A stretch of DNA of 64,000 bases from Candidatus Poribacteria bacterium (GTDB lineage Bacteria; Poribacteria; WGA-4E; WGA-3G). Location of the stretch: assembly GCA_963663765.2 (NCBI GenBank), contig CAXXUA010000005.1, positions 992,001-1,056,000 of the forward strand, given 5' to 3'. The translations under genes and the position numbers were made by a program. The notes beneath the pieces are model-generated. The model ran no database searches, was not told where the DNA came from, and was given only the letters and a program-made list of their open reading frames with translations. Shown piece by piece: positions 10,194 to 19,728 of this stretch; the stretch's first letter is position 1; every line of letters starts with the position of its first letter.

Positions 10194-11012
10194 TTACCTA
10201 TCTTCTGAAGACTGACGCATCCGCTTTGCAGAAAGGTATTGTTCTTCCAAGTGTGGTATACCCCCAGCTTTTTCAAGAAACGTATCTAAATAACGATTCA
10301 TCATGAGATGATCACCGTGATCTTGGTATGCAAGTGCGAGACGATAGTAAGCCTCTAATTCAGCAGCATCCAGAGATACACCTTTTTCATACGCTTGAAT
10401 AGCACTGAGTAATTCACCAGTTTCTTGGTAAGCAAGACCGAGGTTAAAGTAGACCGTAGCATCACCACCATCTATCTCTATACCTGCTTTATAATACTGT
10501 ATGGCTTCAGCATAAGATTCTTTATTTAGATACGCATCAGCGAGGTTGTAGTAGGTATCTACAAATGTTGGGTCAGATGTGAGCGCGTTTTGATATGCCT
10601 CAAGTGCTTCTTCAAATCTGTCGGACATGTCGTAAGCATAACCGAGATTGTTATAGAACGCAGGATTTTCCGGTTCAATTTCAAGTGCAGCTCTAAACAT
10701 CTCTATCGCAAGGAGAAACAAACGAAGATTGAGATAAACTAAACCCAAGTTGTTATAAGCGTGCTGATACTTTTCGTCAAGAGACAGTGCCGTTTGAAAA
10801 GAAGCTATTGCCTTGTCGTGTTCACCTAACTGATGATAAATTTTTCCTAACTCCACATGTCCTGCTGGATCAATTGGGTTGAGTGCTTGACCCATTTCAA
10901 GTTTCATAGCCTGGCGCTTGAGTTCACTTTGTTGCTGTTGTGCTTCATCAGGAGTGGAACAGCCGTATAATAAACAAGTTATGAAGATCAGCAAAATGAC
11001 CCGTTGTCCCAT
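10194..11012 (-). CDS. TPR-repeat lipoprotein
   Basis: Likely start MGQRVILLIFITCLLYGC (lipobox); multiple AYNNLG/YYNLA TPR units. Confidence 0.85.
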   Translation of the reverse strand: MGQRVILLIFITCLLYGCSTPDEAQQQQSELKRQAMKLEMGQALNPIDPAGHVELGKIYHQLGEHDKAIASFQTALSLDEKYQHAYNNLGLVYLNLRLFLLAIEMFRAALEIEPENPAFYNNLGYAYDMSDRFEEALEAYQNALTSDPTFVDTYYNLADAYLNKESYAEAIQYYKAGIEIDGGDATVYFNLGLAYQETGELLSAIQAYEKGVSLDAAELEAYYRLALAYQDHGDHLMMNRYLDTFLEKAGGIPHLEEQYLSAKRMRQSSEDR

Positions 11013-11054
11013 CTTGAAGACTTCTAATCTTTTTTCTAAAATAATTGGGGAATA

Positions 11055-11894
11055 TTGATGATTATTGACACACATACGCATTTTTATGACCCGACGCGCC
11101 CAGAAGGTGTGCCGTGGCCAAACCCTAAAGATGAACTGCTTTACCGCAAAGTAATGCCAGACGACTATAAGAAACTTGCTGTGCCTGAAGGCGTAACTGG
11201 AACCGTAGTCGTTGAGGCAAGCAAATGGGTTGATGATAACCAGTGGATTCTTGACCTTGCTGCAAATGAACCGTTTATTGTCGGATTTGTAGGCAACTTA
11301 GCACCTAACGATGAAGATTTTGAGAAAAACCTAAAACGTTTTTCCGCTAATCCGCTTTTCCGCGGTATCCGTCTCGGTGGTGGACATCTTCAGCAAATTG
11401 GAGATGCTACCTTCATCAAAAACATTGAGAAGTTAGCAGCAAATGAACTAACTTTAGACCTACTCATCAATCCAGAAGCACTGAAACATTTGCCTGCTTT
11501 AGTTGAACACACACCGACGATGCGTGTTGTGATAAACCACGTCGCAGGTGTTCGCGTTGATGGCAATCCGCCTGATGAGACATGGGTTTCACGGATACAA
11601 GAAGCTGCACGTTATCCGAATGTCTATTGCAAGGTATCGGGGTTGGTAGAACACACTGGACAAAAACCTGCACCTGAAGACCTTGCCTACTACACGCCAA
11701 CTATAGATGTTTTATGGAAAGCGTTTGGTGAAGATAGACTTATCTACGGAAGCAACTGGCCCGTATCGGAACGTTTCGCTCAATATAAGGTCGTACAAAA
11801 CATTGTGAACGACTACTTCAGTGCAAAAGGTAATGAAGCTAAGGCAAAGTTCTTCTCAAAAAACGCAATAGCAGCGTATCAGTTATCGGTTTAA
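11055..11894 (+). CDS. Amidohydrolase_2 family (L-fucono/L-rhamnono-lactonase-like)
   Basis: IIDTHTH, VVINHVAG, VYCKVSGL, YGSNWPV. Confidence 0.85.
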   Translation: MMIIDTHTHFYDPTRPEGVPWPNPKDELLYRKVMPDDYKKLAVPEGVTGTVVVEASKWVDDNQWILDLAANEPFIVGFVGNLAPNDEDFEKNLKRFSANPLFRGIRLGGGHLQQIGDATFIKNIEKLAANELTLDLLINPEALKHLPALVEHTPTMRVVINHVAGVRVDGNPPDETWVSRIQEAARYPNVYCKVSGLVEHTGQKPAPEDLAYYTPTIDVLWKAFGEDRLIYGSNWPVSERFAQYKVVQNIVNDYFSAKGNEAKAKFFSKNAIAAYQLSV

Positions 11895-12460
11895 GCCACC
11901 CATCGTATAAACTCACCTGCAGATTTACGTTTCGGTTCTTTTACTTCTGCGGGATAACCTGTATAGAAAAAACCGATGATGTATTCCTGTGATGAATCTA
12001 TACCCAGCAACTTATAAGTCGGTTCTTCCATTGTGATTCTGCCGGTACTCCACTGCATACCGACTCCTGCATCCCATGCAGCGAGTTGAATGTTCTGCAT
12101 AGCGCAACATGTTGCTGCGTAATCTTCACGTTGCCGTTGTTCATCCCCGTCTTGGACACAGGACACAGCGATAATTGTTGGCTTAGACATGAACTTTTCG
12201 TAAGCCAGTTCACCGATTTTAGCAAGATTCACTGCATCCACGTGATCGGGTGTATCCTCCATCTTGATTTCTCGGTAACGTTGTGCGAGTATCCGTTTTG
12301 TCTTTTCACCCATAACGGTAAATCGCCACGGTTCTGTTACATGATGGTTCGGTGCCCATATCCCGTAACTGAACACCTGTTCAATTACATCGTTTGGCAC
12401 AGATTCCTGTTTGAATTTGAAAACGGAACGTCTTGAAAGTATTGCATCTTTTACGTCCAT
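11891..12460 (-). CDS. Nitroreductase family protein (YdjA-like)
   Basis: RRSVFKF, WAPNHHVTEPWRF, CAMQNIQLAAW; start at ATG 12460 after AGGAGG. Confidence 0.85.
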   Translation of the reverse strand: MDVKDAILSRRSVFKFKQESVPNDVIEQVFSYGIWAPNHHVTEPWRFTVMGEKTKRILAQRYREIKMEDTPDHVDAVNLAKIGELAYEKFMSKPTIIAVSCVQDGDEQRQREDYAATCCAMQNIQLAAWDAGVGMQWSTGRITMEEPTYKLLGIDSSQEYIIGFFYTGYPAEVKEPKRKSAGEFIRWVA

Positions 12461-12526
12461 AAATCCTCCTTTTGAATTATAGTTTATTAGTTGGTTGATT
12501 GCAAGCGTTGAATCCATCAATTTGCT

Positions 12527-13960
12527 CTATCCTAATGCAGCTTTAAGGCGTTCTACCGCTTCAATTGTATCCTCAATTTCTTTCTTTGGTATGTTAGCAA
12601 TAGTAGCATGGCTAAGCGGGTTTAGAATACGACTCCGATACAATTCAATATCATTGATAAGATCCTTGTCTAACAAGGCAGGATCCTCTTTCTCAGTCCT
12701 TCTTTTATTTTCAATCTTTATTGCATCCCAAAAATCTTGCGTGTCTTGTTTGTTCGGTTCTCGGCGATATCTAACAGGGATATGCTTATCCTCACAAAAA
12801 TTCTTTATTATCACCTCAAACGCTGTGCGTAGATAAACCGCACATGCTTTATAATCGTTTGCTTCAAAATAATCCCTTGCATTGTCAAGGTATGCCTTAT
12901 CCTCCACATAGACAGGAATTTCATATTCATCGGTCTGCCGAAAATAGAACTCAACGGCTTTCCATTTCCCACCGTGGGATGTCCGTTGTTTAACAATTTC
13001 GTACCACGATTTATCATAAGTTGTCAGAAATATTTGATAATCTGCAAAATACGCTTCTAAAATATCAAGAATTGGGAGACGATTTGACATGTCTAAACCG
13101 ATTAGTACGTCATCTAATGCTAAAATCTTTAACTCGCTTTCAGGCTGGATTAAGATTGATGAAAAGTAGATAGCAATAGCAATCGCTGACAACTTTGCTT
13201 CGTTTAGAAAACGGTGATGAGTCGGAATGTCCCTGTCAAAGAACTCAACATTTAAGGAAATTTCCTGATTATCAAGAGTCTTTTCGTCTCGGTTGTATGT
13301 TATTCCTTGAAAATCTAAGTTGAGCGTAACGTTATATCCAAATTTTTGGAGAATTTCGGATGTTTTCGCTTGCAGTATTTCCAATCTACGTTTTAATTCG
13401 CTGTTGAAGGTTTCTATTTCTGTTTCCAATTCTGCGATTTTCGTTTTAGCGTTTCGGCGGGGACACGGCTTCTGTTGGACGCTTTCCCATTCTTCACCAA
13501 GCGTTCTATTTGTTACAGGATTGACGGTGTTGACCAAAAGATTATCCACTAACAATTTGAAGACATTCACGTTTTCTTCTTCACGATGGACGTAGTGTGT
13601 TTCCAGCAAATCCTTATAGTCAAGGAAACCTTTTGCCTTTGATGCTTCAATAATTAGTGGATCATTCGTTTCTCTAACGTTTTGGGACCATTCATAGACG
13701 CGCTCATTTGTTCCTGGGTTTGCACGGAGATGTAATTTGATGTGTCCATCATCGTTTGCAATAAAGATATTCTGATGCTCTTTGAATTGGTGAGATCCTT
13801 CACTGGATTCCAGAAAAAACTTTAATGCCTGATACAACGAAGTTTTTCCGCTGCCGTTTTCACCGTAAACAAGTAGATTTTTCCCCGCCTTATGCAGATC
13901 AATTTGATAGGAACTTGGAAAAGCCCTAAAATTTCTAATCTCAATTTTGGTAATTCTCAT
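12527..13960 (-). CDS. ABC/SMC-type ATPase with C-terminal HEPN-like domain (PrrC/RloC-like)
   Basis: RNFRAF, Walker A GENGSGKTS, signature LNEAKL, Walker B LALDD with D-loop GLD, H-loop-position LTTYD. C-terminal AVYLRTAFE helix and RILNPLSH (RxxNxxSH). Confidence 0.75.
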   Translation of the reverse strand: MRITKIEIRNFRAFPSSYQIDLHKAGKNLLVYGENGSGKTSLYQALKFFLESSEGSHQFKEHQNIFIANDDGHIKLHLRANPGTNERVYEWSQNVRETNDPLIIEASKAKGFLDYKDLLETHYVHREEENVNVFKLLVDNLLVNTVNPVTNRTLGEEWESVQQKPCPRRNAKTKIAELETEIETFNSELKRRLEILQAKTSEILQKFGYNVTLNLDFQGITYNRDEKTLDNQEISLNVEFFDRDIPTHHRFLNEAKLSAIAIAIYFSSILIQPESELKILALDDVLIGLDMSNRLPILDILEAYFADYQIFLTTYDKSWYEIVKQRTSHGGKWKAVEFYFRQTDEYEIPVYVEDKAYLDNARDYFEANDYKACAVYLRTAFEVIIKNFCEDKHIPVRYRREPNKQDTQDFWDAIKIENKRRTEKEDPALLDKDLINDIELYRSRILNPLSHATIANIPKKEIEDTIEAVERLKAALG

Positions 13961-16590
13961 GCCTTACCCTCAATGATGCGAATAGGTTTAACACTGTCTA
14001 AAAAGAAAAGATTCCTTGCAACTGGATGATGCTTATCACATAATCGCTCAAAGATGTCCCGGAACGAAGACATTTTATCACCTTGAATCTTTTCAAGTTG
14101 CGGTAATTGCTCGTCGAATAACGGTTGGAAAAAGTATTTGTCACCCCGATGGAGTTCATCAGGTAAATAGAGTTCATAGACTAACCCGTTAAGGATATTT
14201 CCGAAATATCCTACCATCACGCGATCGCTGGCATAAGCTAAATCCTTACTGTTTACCGTTGGTTGTTTCTTGAGATAGAGAATATATTCAACGATTTTGT
14301 GAATAAGTGCCTGCTGTTCTGGTTCTATATCAGGGATCGGAATTTGTGAGACATATCGAGACGTAAATTTTAAAAACGGTCCCCGAATCTGTGGGGCAGT
14401 CCGCGCATAAAACCATGAAACTGCTCTGGTATTCAGCACACCGAGTAACCATAGTTCCTTAGTAGGTAGCAGAGAAGCGGGCAGTGCAGCATAGTAACCT
14501 TCATCGTCAAAAGCGAAAGCTGTTTCACTTGCCATCTCTGGATATATACACTTTGGATGCTCAAATCGATCCGTGTCTTTTGAGGCAACTTGGAGTTCAT
14601 ACCATTCCTGCTTTCCTGAACGTTTTTTCAAGGCATTGTTATATCTTTCCAAATGTTTTTTAATTGCGGGATAAGCGTCAATATCTATCCCGTGGTGAGT
14701 AAAGATCAACCATTTGTCTTTCGATTTCACTTGCCAACGTTGAATATCGTTTGTCATCAGAAAAGGTTTTAAAATCTGTGCTGATGATGGGTGTTCGGCA
14801 ATGAGTGCATCCCGCGTCTCACGTTCCACGATAAACGCTTCGTTATATCCTGTGATGATTCCACTCGACGGGTGATCTTGAAGATATTCTTGCAACGGTT
14901 TGCCAACATTTCGGAATTTCTCAAGTAGTCCCAACACTGCAGCGGATTCTTGGGTTTTCCCATCATGCGTCACAATCTTTTGCGTCGTGGTAAATGGGTT
15001 TACTGAGTATTGCTTCAACATGTCAACGATGTCTTTCGGCACTTTAACGTCATTTCTCCGCTCAAATGTAAAAATATTTTTATATAAGTTGTGAAACGCG
15101 ACAATGATATCAATTCCTTTGTTTTTGGCAGTGGTCAGATCGGTTTTGGCTCTATCCCATTCTCTCAGATTTAACTGTGCTAACCCTCGATGGCAATAAG
15201 ATATAGCATCATCAGGATCCAGTTTTAGGGACATATCATAATTTGCAATGGCTTTCTCAAATTCACCTGTGAGGAGGTAAACATTACCGAGATTATAATA
15301 GGCTCCTGCATGGTATTGATTTATATTTATTGCATTGGTCAAGCTATTGATTCCCTCATCAAACTTGTCTCTCTTGCCATAAGCAACTCCGCGATTAACA
15401 TAGGCATCAACAAAATCTGATTTGAGTGCTATCGCAGTGTTAAAGTCAGCAATAGCCTTGTCAAAATCGCCTTTGTCATCATAGACATTGCCCCGATTAT
15501 TATACGCTGCGGCAAACTCTGGTTGTAACTCTATTGCAGTATTAAAATCATTAATCCCTTTGTCATCCTTTCCGCTACGGACAAAAGCAAGACCCCGATT
15601 ATTATACGCTTCAGCGAATTCTGGTTGTAACTCTATCGCTATGTTAAAGTCATTAATAGCTTTTTCAATTTCACCTTGGTGTAAATAAGCTTCACCACGG
15701 TTTACATAGGCATTGGCATAATCTGGGTGCAGTTCTATTGCCTTATTAAAGTCGTCAATCCCTTTTTTGGTTTCGCTTATGACTACGTAAGTATTGCCAC
15801 GATTGTTATAAATTGCAGCCTGTTGCAAATCGAGGACTAAGGCATTAGTATAATGCGTAATTGCTTTTCTATACGCCTTCTGTTTTTCTTCTGGGATCTT
15901 TGCTTCATCTCCCTTATCTTTCTCAGAGCGTCCATTGTAAAATTCTCTATATGCCATCCAATACGCATTCTGGCTACTAATAAATCCCTGAATATCATTA
16001 TAGATAGTTTTGGGAGATATTTCGCGATCGAGTCGGCCTTGCAAGTGCTCTAATATAAGTAATTTGAGATCCTTCGGAATATTGATTATATCTTCATTAT
16101 CTGGATCAATGAAACCATCAGGCGGTTGAATGAATACGCTATCCTGGTCAGCAGCACGCTTCACTGAACCCCGTGGATATTTGAGCATCTTTTTCACTGC
16201 TTCTGTCTTTTGTAAGATAATAACTCGGCCAGACTTGTCCGGATGACCGTAGCATGCAAAAAAAAGAGCAACCTTATCGTCGGTAGTAAAATCTATCAGG
16301 TTTGTTTTACCACCATAATGTTGGAGTGCGGTGAGGATTTCAAATTTTTCCTTTTCGTCTATGTATTCTTTCGCAGCATCCACAATTTCGGTCTGAACAT
16401 CCGCTATATCGGAATACTTCAACTTGACCGCCTTAAGTTCACGATAGAGACTTGACGAGACTTTCTTATGACATTTAGCTTCACCACGGAAAATGTAGTC
16501 ACCATCTGTGGTCTTCTTCTCTATCTCATCAATGATTTCATCAACTGTTCTTAGCTTGCTTTTGGATTCAGATCGGTTTTTCGTACCCAT
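13957..16590 (-). CDS. FRG domain - TPR array - TaqI-like C-terminal specificity domain fusion
   Basis: YIFRGE, LQHYGGKTNLIDFT, VALFFAC (FRG); about 7-8 TPRs; GIITGYNEAFIV, YPAIKKHL, WYELQ, KCIYPEM, WLLGVLNT, QIPIP (type IIG RM C-terminus). Start after GGAGG at ATG 16590. Confidence 0.8.
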   Translation of the reverse strand: MGTKNRSESKSKLRTVDEIIDEIEKKTTDGDYIFRGEAKCHKKVSSSLYRELKAVKLKYSDIADVQTEIVDAAKEYIDEKEKFEILTALQHYGGKTNLIDFTTDDKVALFFACYGHPDKSGRVIILQKTEAVKKMLKYPRGSVKRAADQDSVFIQPPDGFIDPDNEDIINIPKDLKLLILEHLQGRLDREISPKTIYNDIQGFISSQNAYWMAYREFYNGRSEKDKGDEAKIPEEKQKAYRKAITHYTNALVLDLQQAAIYNNRGNTYVVISETKKGIDDFNKAIELHPDYANAYVNRGEAYLHQGEIEKAINDFNIAIELQPEFAEAYNNRGLAFVRSGKDDKGINDFNTAIELQPEFAAAYNNRGNVYDDKGDFDKAIADFNTAIALKSDFVDAYVNRGVAYGKRDKFDEGINSLTNAININQYHAGAYYNLGNVYLLTGEFEKAIANYDMSLKLDPDDAISYCHRGLAQLNLREWDRAKTDLTTAKNKGIDIIVAFHNLYKNIFTFERRNDVKVPKDIVDMLKQYSVNPFTTTQKIVTHDGKTQESAAVLGLLEKFRNVGKPLQEYLQDHPSSGIITGYNEAFIVERETRDALIAEHPSSAQILKPFLMTNDIQRWQVKSKDKWLIFTHHGIDIDAYPAIKKHLERYNNALKKRSGKQEWYELQVASKDTDRFEHPKCIYPEMASETAFAFDDEGYYAALPASLLPTKELWLLGVLNTRAVSWFYARTAPQIRGPFLKFTSRYVSQIPIPDIEPEQQALIHKIVEYILYLKKQPTVNSKDLAYASDRVMVGYFGNILNGLVYELYLPDELHRGDKYFFQPLFDEQLPQLEKIQGDKMSSFRDIFERLCDKHHPVARNLFFLDSVKPIRIIEGKA

Positions 16591-16645
16591 TAGTTTTCCT
16601 CCAAAGGACAAAACTCCTCCCATACAAACAGAAGCAATGTTCTTG

Positions 16646-19417
16646 TTACTCCTGATATTCTATTTGAAGTATTTGCCGAACAGAACTTGTAAATTCACCA
16701 TTCATAACAAGTTTGACGTGGGCTGGTTTAATACAGTCTCCATTTTCATCAAAATAGGTTCGCCCTGTAATACCGTTATAGCCTTTCTCATGTGTATCCA
16801 ACGATGCCAAATAATCGCGGATGAATTTTCGATTTTCGGTAAGGGAAGCATCATGACTATAAGTTTGTTCAATCGCTTCGGCAATTATACCTATTGCATC
16901 ATAAGTTAATGCTGCCCATGTATTAGGGACAACACCGTACTCTGCACTAATTGCCTGAGCGAGCTGCGCTGCGTCTTCACCGGCTGCACCAAATGTAAAA
17001 GGAGTTGTCACATAAGTTCCCTCTGCGGAGTCACCAGCGATTGCGATAAAATCTGGTGAATCCACACCATCGCTACCAAAAAACGGTGCTGTGATGCCGA
17101 TTCCGCGCGCTTGTTTGACAATTAGTCCTGCTTGACTATAAAGACCAAAAATACAGATCATATCTGGATCTTTCAATTTGATCCGATCAAGCTGCGGTCT
17201 AAAATCCGTTCTATTCCGAGTGTACGATTCTTCAGCAACAATGTTGAGATTACTCTCCATAGCGGCTCTGGTGAAACTGTTCCGCACCTCACGTCCATAA
17301 CCATCTACATCAAACAAAACAGCAACTGATTGAAACTCTGTCAAGGCGTTTTGAATATATTTGGCGATGAATTGTCCTTGAAAATTGTCACTGTATATAT
17401 TCCGAAACATCCAGTCGCTTCCTTCAACAACAGCCTTATTAGTTGAACCCGGAGACAGTGCCACAAGACCAACACGTTGGTAGATAGGTTTACCAGCTAA
17501 AGAACATGAACTGTTGAAATGCCCGACAACAGCGAGGATGTTTCTATCATTAGCAAAGCGAGTAGCTACGAGTCCTGCCTGCCTTCCCTTACCAGCATCA
17601 TCTCCAAAAACAAGGGTTAACTTCATGCCGTTGATGCCCCCGGCTGCATTAATTTCTTTTACTTTGAACTCAGCACCAAGTCTAATCATCTTTCCGAATG
17701 CCGCGGCACTTCCTGTAAAAGGACCTGTCACAGCAACCTTTAATTCCTTCTCTCCGTTTTGTTCATTTCTTAGGGTTTGTTCTGATTTGGAAGTTAACAA
17801 TTTAAGATTTAATTTGGAAACTATAGCACCAAATTCCGACTCCCACGCATCCCGTTTAACACTTCCATTCTCAACACCAAGCACCAACAACCCCGGATTC
17901 TGCAGTGTGCTATTCTCACGAATCTTTTTCAGAAAATCATCAACTTCTAAGCCCACCTCTGCCGCGGCATGTGCTGCATCAAGCGGTCCTTCAAACTGCT
18001 TCACGAGCTGCTGTATCGGTTCACTCCCACCGAAGACACCGCCAGCCGCTGCAATTGCCTTCCGATAACGAGCAATGTCCTCACGGACAAGACGATCCAT
18101 CGTTGACTTTTCGGTATAGAGACGCAACGCCTGTGCTTTGTCATAAAGCGGGTTCGGATTCTGTTCAATCACCGAACGCACCTGATCGTCAAACGTTTTC
18201 ATTCCTTCTGTATGGCAGCCCATGCACGATAATCCATTACGGACAACAGGGTCTCTCGCCCCAGCGTTTGAGACAATGTTGATCGGAGCTTCGTCAAGTC
18301 GTTCACCTGTTGCAGTAGACAGATAGTATGCCTGCAATCCGTTAGGCAGGTTGAAGATAATCTCACCGCCATCATGCGTAAAATCAAGCGGATGTGTAAA
18401 GATATTCTGCCTGCCAACATTCCCTGCAAAGTCGTAGGATTTCCAATATGCACCATACCGCGATTTGTGACGTTCCACAATGCGATTGTTGACTGACACA
18501 CCAGATTCACTAAAACCTGCACGCCAGACGCGAACACCCGGTGCATTCTTAAGGTTTTCGGAGACGTTTACCTCAAGTTGTGTTTCTAATTCTTTAGCTG
18601 TTTTCGGCAGGTCAAGGATATCGTGATAAAGGGGTGGTAGTGAAGCAGTAGCGATGAACCAGTCTGCACGGATAAACGGCAAATCGCAGTCTGTTTTTTC
18701 ACATAACGTTGTGTATGTTGCAGACTTTAACTGAACACCGTAGGGATATGCCTGCTCAATTTTATACCATTTGTCAGTTTTGATGTCCCATTCATAGTTG
18801 CGAAGGTCTATGTAGAAGATGGTTTCTTCTTTATCAATTGGTTTCGGCTTGATTACCTCAGCACCCCAAGAGAGGCTATTGATGAGTTTTGATAAAGCGA
18901 TCCGATAGGCGCGGAGGTTAGCATCTGTTACCCCTGCATTGTAAAGATGTGTGAGTGTGAAATAACGTGCAAAGGAACGGTCAAATTCAGTGAGCGACAT
19001 CAAATGGGTTTGAATGGCTTTAAGCATTAACTCAGTTGTAATGAATTTGCGTTTAGGTTTGGGAATAGCATCCCAGTCTGGCGAGCCTGCTTCAATCCAG
19101 CGGCGAATAGAGGCGATTTCATCAGTGTCCAGCGGTTCTTGTCCTAACGGCATTTGCGAACCATTATCGGTATCACCAAGTAAGCGTAGATAGAATTCGG
19201 AGTCATCGGGTTGGCGTGGAATTACTGATTTGTCTTTGATTAAATTTGAATGCTTTATTGTAAGGACATCTGCATAAGATCCAAATTCCCCATGGCAATC
19301 AATGCAATGCTGTTCAAAGATTGCATGAGCTTGTTGTGCAAGGTTTTCTTGTGCATGCACAATTTGATGGTGTAAAACAAGTATCAAAATGCACAAAATA
19401 ATATAGCAGTTTTTCAT
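16646..19417 (-). CDS. Secreted diheme cytochrome c module fused to a LivJ-type periplasmic binding domain
   Basis: Signal peptide; CIDCH plus QMPLG (PSCyt1-like); second CMGCH; C-terminal GPFTGSAAAFG, INAAGGING, VVGHFNSSCS (Peripla_BP_6). Confidence 0.85.
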   Translation of the reverse strand: MKNCYIILCILILVLHHQIVHAQENLAQQAHAIFEQHCIDCHGEFGSYADVLTIKHSNLIKDKSVIPRQPDDSEFYLRLLGDTDNGSQMPLGQEPLDTDEIASIRRWIEAGSPDWDAIPKPKRKFITTELMLKAIQTHLMSLTEFDRSFARYFTLTHLYNAGVTDANLRAYRIALSKLINSLSWGAEVIKPKPIDKEETIFYIDLRNYEWDIKTDKWYKIEQAYPYGVQLKSATYTTLCEKTDCDLPFIRADWFIATASLPPLYHDILDLPKTAKELETQLEVNVSENLKNAPGVRVWRAGFSESGVSVNNRIVERHKSRYGAYWKSYDFAGNVGRQNIFTHPLDFTHDGGEIIFNLPNGLQAYYLSTATGERLDEAPINIVSNAGARDPVVRNGLSCMGCHTEGMKTFDDQVRSVIEQNPNPLYDKAQALRLYTEKSTMDRLVREDIARYRKAIAAAGGVFGGSEPIQQLVKQFEGPLDAAHAAAEVGLEVDDFLKKIRENSTLQNPGLLVLGVENGSVKRDAWESEFGAIVSKLNLKLLTSKSEQTLRNEQNGEKELKVAVTGPFTGSAAAFGKMIRLGAEFKVKEINAAGGINGMKLTLVFGDDAGKGRQAGLVATRFANDRNILAVVGHFNSSCSLAGKPIYQRVGLVALSPGSTNKAVVEGSDWMFRNIYSDNFQGQFIAKYIQNALTEFQSVAVLFDVDGYGREVRNSFTRAAMESNLNIVAEESYTRNRTDFRPQLDRIKLKDPDMICIFGLYSQAGLIVKQARGIGITAPFFGSDGVDSPDFIAIAGDSAEGTYVTTPFTFGAAGEDAAQLAQAISAEYGVVPNTWAALTYDAIGIIAEAIEQTYSHDASLTENRKFIRDYLASLDTHEKGYNGITGRTYFDENGDCIKPAHVKLVMNGEFTSSVRQILQIEYQE

Positions 19418-19474
19418 ATTTTTACCTCCAACCGTCTACCTGATAAGTACTTTTTATTAAACAAAACACGATCT

Positions 19475-19681
19475 CTAATAACAACTTCGCTCGTTTTTGC
19501 CGCGAAAAACAGCCATAAATGTATCTGGCAGTTCATCAAAATCTTGAGCAATCTTCACTTTACCTTTCCACTGTCCACCACAGCGAGGCTTCTTGTCACC
19601 TTGTTCTAAAGGTATGGATTTGGCAATAGACATGCCCTTGCTATCAAATTTAATCTCTTTTCCCATAACTTTCGTTTTCAT
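19475..19681 (-). CDS. Small antitoxin-like protein (DUF2281/Phd-type C-terminus), possibly degenerate
   Basis: GQWKGKVKIAQDFDELP resembles the G.v.i..DFd.pl tail of VapC-associated antitoxins. Confidence 0.5.
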   Translation of the reverse strand: MKTKVMGKEIKFDSKGMSIAKSIPLEQGDKKPRCGGQWKGKVKIAQDFDELPDTFMAVFRGKNERSCY

Positions 19682-19728
19682 AGAATTTTACAACATAAAC
19701 ATTAGAAATACAACACATTTAGAACACA

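Noticed and set aside
13957-16590. Functional type IIG restriction-modification enzyme
   Set aside because: It has no methyltransferase or endonuclease motifs; only the specificity region is present.
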